DNA of 64,000 bases from Eledone cirrhosa (Eukaryota): contig OZ024742.1 of assembly GCA_964016885.1 (NCBI GenBank), positions 279,992,001 through 280,056,000 of the forward strand. Reading direction: 5' to 3'. Position numbers and translations under genes: made by a program. The notes beneath the pieces are model-generated. The model saw nothing but the letters and a program-made list of their open reading frames with translations, was not told where the DNA came from and searched no databases. The stretch's first letter is position 1. Every line of letters starts with the position of its first letter. Positions 55,490 to 64,000 of the stretch are shown one piece after another.

Positions 55490-57550
55490 ATATTTGAAAA
55501 ATCTCCTCACGAAAATGCTGATAGACAAAGTAGAGAAAGTTGTTAAAAGAATGATATGGAAACCTTAGATTCTCGACGGACACTTTTATACGGCCTCTAC
55601 GGAACATTTTGATATCAAAACTCATAAATACCCGCAACGAGTAAAAGATATGACCACTTTTGAACTAGACTTAGTTAATTTAATCAACAATATCAAATTT
55701 CGTAAGTACTCTAACCCTTTTCAATCTAAACTATCTAATGATATTTCAATATTCAAATCCTCTAAAAATAAGTCCGTTTTCTACGACAAAACTAAAAACT
55801 TATACGAAGTTATTACTACTTTACATGACCAACACTTACTAGATAACATCACCTCTAAATACCAAATAGCTGATATAAACACGTATAATAATATAAATAA
55901 GGAATCTAAAGAATTAGCTAGTGTTTTAAAAATAGATAATAGAACTGAAACACTTGCTAAATTGCTAAACGTAATGCCTATATCAAAGATCACAAACGTG
56001 ATTTTATTAATCGTCCTAGTTGGAGATTAATCAACTCTGCTACGACTGATATGGGTCTTGCAAGCAAGAAAATTTTAAATAATATAAACACACAGATTAG
56101 AAGTAAGCCTGAATTACTCAAATGGATAAATAGCTCTTCGGTAGTACATTGGTTTAACAATATTAAAGATACAAATAGTTCTAGACTCACCCAATTTGAC
56201 ATTTTAGACTTTTACCCGTCTATTACTCACCCTCTTTTAGCGAAAGCCTTAAATTTCGCTAGAAAGTTTATCAATATTTCTGATATTGAAGAGAATGTCA
56301 TCTTCCATGTTAGAAACACTCTACTTTTTACTAATAATGACACTTGGGTAAAAATATATAACCCAGAGAGCCCATTCGATGTGTCAATGGGTTCTTTTGA
56401 CAGTGCTGATGTTTGTGATTTAGTGCGCATACACACACTTAAAGAGAAATTACCTAACCATATTTTTGGGCTTTACCACGACAATGGTCTAATACTTTCC
56501 CATACCACCATAGGCCATGACTTAGATAGATTAAGGAAAGTCTTAATACAAAACTTGGCTAGTTTTAATCTTAAAATTACTATTGACACTAATCTTTCCA
56601 ATGTTAATTTTCTAGATATAAACCTAGATCTGCCTACTGCTTCTTATAAACCGTACCATAAACCTAATGAAAATTTAAAATACATAAATAAAGGCTCTTG
56701 CCATCCTCCTATAGTTTTAAAAACCTTATCCCTAATATTAGCCGTAGGATCTCTACCCTCTCTTCCTCAGAAGCTATTTTCAATAAGGCATCCCTCTACT
56801 ATAATAAAGCCCTTCAAACTAGCGGATTTAGCGAACCGATTAAGTACATACCCAACAATAGTAACTCCTTTAAACATAATAATAGGAAAAGAAAAATAAT
56901 CTGGTTCACAACCTCCTACTCTTTAGCAGTTAAAACTAATGTAGGCAAAACATTCCTAGAGCTCTTAGATAAATATTTCCCTAGAACACATAGATACTAT
57001 AAGATCTTCAATAGAAACTGTGTCAAAATTAGCTGCTCCTGCGGTCCCCCTATTAAATCTTATATCCTCAATAAAAAAACACCCAGAGAACATCAAAATT
57101 GCTCATGTAGAGTCAAAAGTGAATGCCCATTACAAGGTAAATGCAACACCAAAGCCATTGTATATGCGGCTAAAGTGACAACCATCAGCAACAACCTACC
57201 AGCCACCAGCGAACGATATATGGGTATGACACAAGACAAATTCAAAACACATAATTACTCACATGTCGCATCTTTCCGACATCCAGAAAAAAGATTTACA
57301 ACAGCTCTGGCTAGCAGAATATGGGATTTGAAAGACTAAGGTATCCAATATAAATTGGATTGGTCAATTTTGAACCAATCTAAAGAATATGCAAGAGGAA
57401 CAAGAAGAGATGCCCACTCTGCATAAGTGAAAAATATTGGATTTTACAGAGCCTTAAATCACCAAAAACATGCCTAAACGCAAAAACAGAAATTTTCATC
57501 AGTTGCCCACACACGAAATCACACTTGCTTTCCAGCTCATATAAACTTAA
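55490..57550 (+). pseudogene. PLE-3 RT + GIY-YIG ORF (frameshifted)
   Basis: MLIDKVEKVVKRMIWK, FELDLVNLINNIKF, QFDILDFYPSI, MGSFDSAD, LYHDNGL (decayed YRDDG), NFLDINL, IIWF, CSCRVKSECPLQGKC, IVYAAKV..RYMGMT..FKTH..H. Confidence 0.93.
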
Positions 57551-58019
57551 CTCACTTTCAGATACTTATCCTCCATAGACTCTTGTTCTTCACTTTCCTT
57601 AAATTATCCTATTTACAGACTTCTCTTTCTGATTTACTTTCATTTTTAACTTTATTTTTAATTTTATTTTTATTTTTACTTCACATCCACCCCTACATTT
57701 TGATTCACTTACCTAATATCTTCACATTCCACATTTTACTTCCCCATTTTCTTTCACCACCTGATATTCTGTCACTTGCGTTTTCCACTCCAGATATATT
57801 CTGTTGTTTCCCAACCGATTTCATATTTGTACTAATTTATTAATACGGTTGGTTTCTAATTTGTGTCTATGCGTGTGAGTGTGCATATGTGTGCGTGCGT
57901 ATGTATATATATGTGTGTTTTTATATCTATGTTTTTACATACTTGTTTATACGTGTGTGTGTGTGTGGGTGAATGTATGTGTATATGTATATGTATATGT
58001 ATATGTATGTATGGGTGTG

Positions 58020-58074
<55 letters not shown>

Positions 58075-58169
58075 GCGTACGTACGTGTGATTAGATATAC
58101 ATATGGCGATATATATATATACGTGCCTCGTGTGTATGTACGCATGCATGCGCTTTTGTCTGTACGTAT

Positions 58170-58225
<56 letters not shown>

Positions 58226-58781
58226 ACGTGTGTACCTTTGTTTGTTTTCCTTTTTCTAGTGTTAATTGATAACCCCTCCCTCTTACTTTCTCTCTGATTT
58301 AAAAAAATGATTTTCATTCTCATATATTGTTTCATTTTTATACATATAGCGAGAATGACACTTCTTTTTACTATTACACTCCCTTCCCTCTTTATCTTCC
58401 GCATATAAGGGATCGCGTGTGTGTGTGTCTTTATACTCGTGCTTTCATACTCGTATGTGTATTTAATATCTTTATCTGGATGCGTGTTAACTATATTATC
58501 ATACAATTTCTTTTTCAACTCATATTATATACGTATTTGTGGTCACACATACATAAATATATTTGCCCTCATGTATGCACTTACGCACACATTTTCACCA
58601 TACACATGCATTTGTACATACACACATATGTACATTTGTGAGTGTATATACATACACATACCCTAACTATATTTCCTTATTTTTTTTATATATCTGTTGC
58701 ATTACTTTTATTTATATATTTTTTGCCCGTTAAACTCTTGCCTTTCTTGAGGAGATTTTTCAAATATTTCACTATGTTTTA

Positions 58782-58859
58782 AATTGCCTTGTCCGATGAA
58801 CGAATGAGGACGTTTTTCGTATTCGTCTTATTCGGGAAACCTCTGGTAATGAGGTAATT
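58782..58859 (+). ncRNA. Hammerhead-like motif in PLE-3 pLTR (U4C core)
   Basis: aattgccttgt-CCGATGA-acgaatgaggacg..cgtcttattcgg-GAAA-cctctgg-TA-atgaggtaatt; 11-bp stem I. The inverted copy near 55397-55474 has CCGAAGA. Confidence 0.65.
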
Positions 58860-58958
58860 ATATTGTATTGTTTACTATATATTAAATTTAGTTCTGGTAC
58901 TTACATAGAGCACTCTTCACTCCTATGACTTTTTCAATTTTCAACGGAAACTTCAATA

Positions 58959-59480
<522 letters not shown>

Positions 59481-59614
59481 CACAGAGATATCCACGGTAA
59501 GTTGTGGGGTCTAGTCTGCATGAATAACTCAATGTAATTCATACGTTGAAAAAGTTGTAGGTTAAAGTAAATCCCGGAAAACAATAAAACATTAAAAGGA
59601 AAACAGAGTCATGA

Positions 59615-60188
59615 TATAAGTTAAAACAATTAAATAAAAAATCAAGTCATTAGAAATATACTTCACTGCTTTACGATCATTTCTAGGTAATGATGATACA
59701 TCGTAACTATACTTCGATATCGATCTATGTAAGGTTTAGTTATGAAATATCAGATAAAGAGAATATTTACTTGCATGCATATCACCAGCTGTTGTCAAAA
59801 GCAATAATAATTTTAACCATTCAACCATTCAACCATTCCTTTCAAAAGGGTCATGACCTCAACTAAAGTGAATTATTTTTCATCTTAACATCATATGGAA
59901 AAAAACAATCTGATTGATTAGTTCTTCAACTACCCCAAACAAGGTCATAGAACTAAACATTATACTAATTTACTACTAATTTTGAATAAAATTATTATTG
60001 CTTTTGACCACAGCTGGTGATATGCATGTAAGAAAATATTCTCTTTATCTGATATTTTGTAACTAACCTTACATAGATCGATATCGAAGTATAGTTACAA
60101 TGTATTATCATTACCTAGAAACGATCGTATAGCAGTGAAGTATATTTCTAATGACTTGATTTTTTTATCTCATTGTTTTAACTTATAT
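59615..60188. repeat. ~200-bp-arm inverted repeat containing a long-stem-II hammerhead-like motif
   Basis: 59615-59816 is the reverse complement of 59987-60188. Consensus of the arms: ttattgctt-TTGACAA-...-GAAA-cgatcg-TA-aagcagtga. Confidence 0.8.
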
Positions 60189-60564
60189 ATATATATATTA
60201 ATATATATATATTAATATATATTAGAATTGGTACTCTGAAATTGCAATGTATATATGAATATATATTTAGTATATTTGGCAATACACTGTATGCTTAATT
60301 AAAAAACATTTTGAAGACCTTACGCTTTAAAGTAGTGACTATGTCACTGGTTGGATTCTTATAGAATTCCAGTAATAATTAGGAACTGAGTATATAGAGC
60401 GGTTGCCGGTCCAGCAAACAATGAAAATTAGTATTGGTGCTCTGAAATAGTGATGTATATATGAATGTATATATAGTATATTTGGCAATACACTGTATGC
60501 TGGTAATTACTGGAATTCTATTAGAATCCAACATTTATAATTTTCAACAAACAAAGAAAGTGCC

Positions 60565-60610
60565 AAGCTCTGACGAATACCTACAGTATGAAACAGAGAT
60601 ATGTCAGCTT
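60565..60610 (+). ncRNA. Canonical type I hammerhead in a diverged relative of the 311-bp unit (60222-60730)
   Basis: aagct-CTGACGA-atac(ctaca)gtat-GAAA-cagagatatg-TC-agctt; stem I extended by ttttcaacaaacaa/ttgtttgttgaaaa (60541-60631). Confidence 0.88.
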
Positions 60611-60857
60611 ATCTCCCATTGTTTGTTGAAAAAAGAAGTAAGTGACATAGTCACTCCTTTAAAACAATAGCGTAAGTTCTTCAAAATGTTTTTAATTAAG
60701 CATATAGTGTATTGCGAAATATACTATATATACATATATATATATATAAGGGAAAGAAATCGACGAAAATGTAACTGGAGTCCGTTTAAGAATATTTATT
60801 TGCTTCCTTCACCGGTTTCACAGTTCTTATACTTTTCAAAATTAGAGATGGATGCTG

Positions 60858-60932
<75 letters not shown>

Positions 60933-61807
60933 GTGATAACGAAATATAGAGAGAAGATCGATAAAACAAGTACCAGATTCGAAAAGTAAGATCTGGAATC
61001 CATAGTTTCGACGGAATTTTTAAAAAGTAATGCTACAGTAGTAAATGTGTGCAAATGCTATAAAATGATAAAAAGTAAATGCCCAGTGGGAATAGGGAAT
61101 ACAACAGAGGCCAAAGCCATAGAAGCCTCTACATGATAACCGGACCTACTATAAGTTGTATCTATATCCTCGACGACTTAATTTGAATAATATGATCCTT
61201 GAATCATTGCATAAAGAAAAAAGTCTGGATGGTCACTATTAAGATGCTTTTCATCATGGGTCGAGACAGTCAGCGTTGACATCTTGAAGATCAAGAATAC
61301 ACACTTTGTGTGTGCACATTTGTGTGTATGTAGGGATTGCGTATGTTTGTCACATGAAGGGTATTTAAGTAATAAGGAATTGCATATATAGGGTATGTAT
61401 GTATATATACATATATGCAAGGGGACATGGAAATACTCGGTTTGGTGTCCGACCGCAAGATTATTTTACTGGGAGTGAAAGGCCCCTAGTTCTTGTTAGG
61501 AAATCAATCTAGGAGAAGGAAAACTCTGATATAAAACACGTGACTCAATGGCAGCCAAGGATTTTTATCTTTTTTGTTACTTGTCATCGTTGTTTAGAGA
61601 GTAGGATTAGTCCAGTGAAAGACGTCTCCTACATTAAAATGACATTCCAGTGTTGCGGGAGCACGACTGTTTCTTTCGCTGCAGCATATGCAGAAAGGTA
61701 TTCAAATTCTTTGAAATACTAAAAGTTCATGTTCGTGCGACCTATGTATGAGAGAAAGGACAAGGGATGGCAATTATCGAAACCGAGATTCAGCCAATAT
61801 GTATACA

Positions 61808-61874
<67 letters not shown>

Positions 61875-61880
61875 ATATAA

Positions 61881-61922
<42 letters not shown>

Positions 61923-61981
61923 GTGTGTGCGTATATATATATGTATATATATATATATATATATGTATGTATATTTATATG

Positions 61982-62057
<76 letters not shown>

Positions 62058-63349
62058 ACAACAAATTCAATATAGAAATGAATAGAACTGTTTCATTCGA
62101 AGGAAACCAAGAGGCTTTCCTGGTGATTTCCTTCGAATGAAACAGTGCTAGACCTGTAGAAGCTATTTCTATATTAAATTTGTTATATATAGTTCTGTGT
62201 ATATGCGCGATATCACTATACACTGTTTACATATACTATTTCCTTGCTGCTTTTGTAAACACATGACCGTCATTAGCATCCACATACCCACATATCTAGC
62301 AGTCAGTAGCCATTTTCATGTTGATTTGGTGGCTGAAAATTCACGCTTATCGCTTCTGTTCTCACATTGTCATCTTTCTTCTTGCCTGAATGGTATTATT
62401 ATATTTGTGAGAATAACGTGTTGACTCCGCCCCACACCTTTTTTTGTTATATATATACACAATATAATCAGATTACCAAATATAACTAAAAGTCAAAAAC
62501 CTAAAGAAACATAAACATGAAATGAAATCGAAATATTTGTTTTTCATCACGTGAATCTTGTTAACACTTTTAGTACTCTGAATTCCGAAATGCATAGGTT
62601 AACTTTTTTTCTGTACAGCTCGAGGAAATGTTACCAATAAGCCCCGTTAGATTTAACCTGTTCAACCAACGTATATTATGAGTTCTACCTTGAAACGAAA
62701 TTTTAAGAATGCATTCAACAAAAATATTATTTAGAAATAGAATGGAATGGAATGGAATGAAATGAAACAGAGTGATTTGTTTTCTTTTGGCTGATTTTAT
62801 TATTATGGAATGCAGAAATGTGGCACATGCATTGAATTGTTGTTTTGATAGAGAGTTCAAATGTTAAATATAGAAGATTTACTTCTTCAGCAAATTCCAT
62901 TTAAAAATCACTCTTACTAATAAATATAAAAAAAAAAAAGACAACAGCATAGAGAAATATTGTACGCACACATATATTTTACACACACAAAATAAAACTC
63001 ATAGTTGCACACAATAAGCCTCTATCTATCTATCTATCTACATATTATATATATATATATATAGTTTTAATATAGAAGAGCTACTACAGGACTAGAACTG
63101 TTTCATTCGTGAGAAATCATCAGGAAGCTGGCTGTCCAAGTAAATGGTAGTATTTATGTCTTTCCTTATCTGGTGGTAGGAGAGGGTGGGAATTGGGATG
63201 GGTGTACGTCATTGGTTGTAGGATTTAACGAAAGGCGATTCATTAAAAGCTAATTCTTTAAGGCTATAATATTAACAAAGGCAGAAAGAATACTGTAAAC
63301 AAGTTCAAAATTGGAATACCAATCCTTGTTTATCACTTAAAGTAACAAT

Positions 63350-63447
63350 TGTTTCTAATTTTGGCACAAGGCCATCAATTATCCAGTGTATTACTGGTAC
63401 TTTATTTTATCGACCTCGTAAGGATGAAAGGCAAAGTTAACCTCGCA
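63350..63447 (-). mobile_element. SINE copy
   Basis: ttactggtactttattttatcgacctcgtaaggatgaaaggcaaagttaacctcg. Confidence 0.7.
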
Positions 63448-63811
63448 GTAAGACAGGTGTTTACAGGATGGGTGGGGTTCAATGGTTTAAAGAAAAGGAA
63501 GATTTTTTAGAAGCTAATTCTTTAAGGCTAAAATGAGGGTGACAAAGGCAGAAAAGGTTCCATCAACAGATTCAAGTGTTGGGGTGAACACTCTATAGTG
63601 AAGTTTCTCTAAATATATATTCCAGGTGTCGACAAACGCTTTCACACGCGCGCCCACTTACACACGTACATACACTTACACGTATGCACACACAGGCAGG
63701 CATACACACAACACACATACGTAATGGTACATACACACATACATACATACACATACATACATACATACACATATACAAATACATGTGTACATACACACGC
63801 ATACATATATA

Positions 63812-63875
<64 letters not shown>

Positions 63876-64000
63876 AGCATAAATAAATATATATACAAAT
63901 ATATATATACATACATATACATATATATACACATACACACATACACACACATATATATACATATATATATACATACACATACATATACATCTAGACGCAC

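Overview
AT-rich, microsatellite-dense eukaryotic (metazoan) DNA with no convincing host protein-coding exon. Almost all ORFs in the track are translations of (TA)n, (CA)n, (GA)n or trinucleotide repeats. The SINE motifs resemble those I associate with octopod cephalopods (inference). The window is dominated by transposable elements: three large decayed Penelope-like elements (PLEs; RT + GIY-YIG with a CxCx5C linker and direct/inverted pseudo-LTRs), two further PLE fragments, and remnants of RTE, CR1-group and CRE LINEs, mariner, hAT-like and Helitron elements. The most striking signal is non-coding. Three unrelated ORF-less tandem arrays (units of 311, ~487-500 and 595 bp) each carry one type I hammerhead ribozyme (HHR) per complete unit and sit in (TA)n tracts, two of them with an inverted partial copy like a PLE insertion. 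About ten further solo or pLTR-borne hammerhead motifs also occur, including U3-A8 core variants and very long stem II forms. This looks like a local ecosystem of PLEs plus non-autonomous retrozyme-like, possibly circRNA-producing elements. All folds were done by eye, TE boundaries are approximate, and ribozyme activity is untested.
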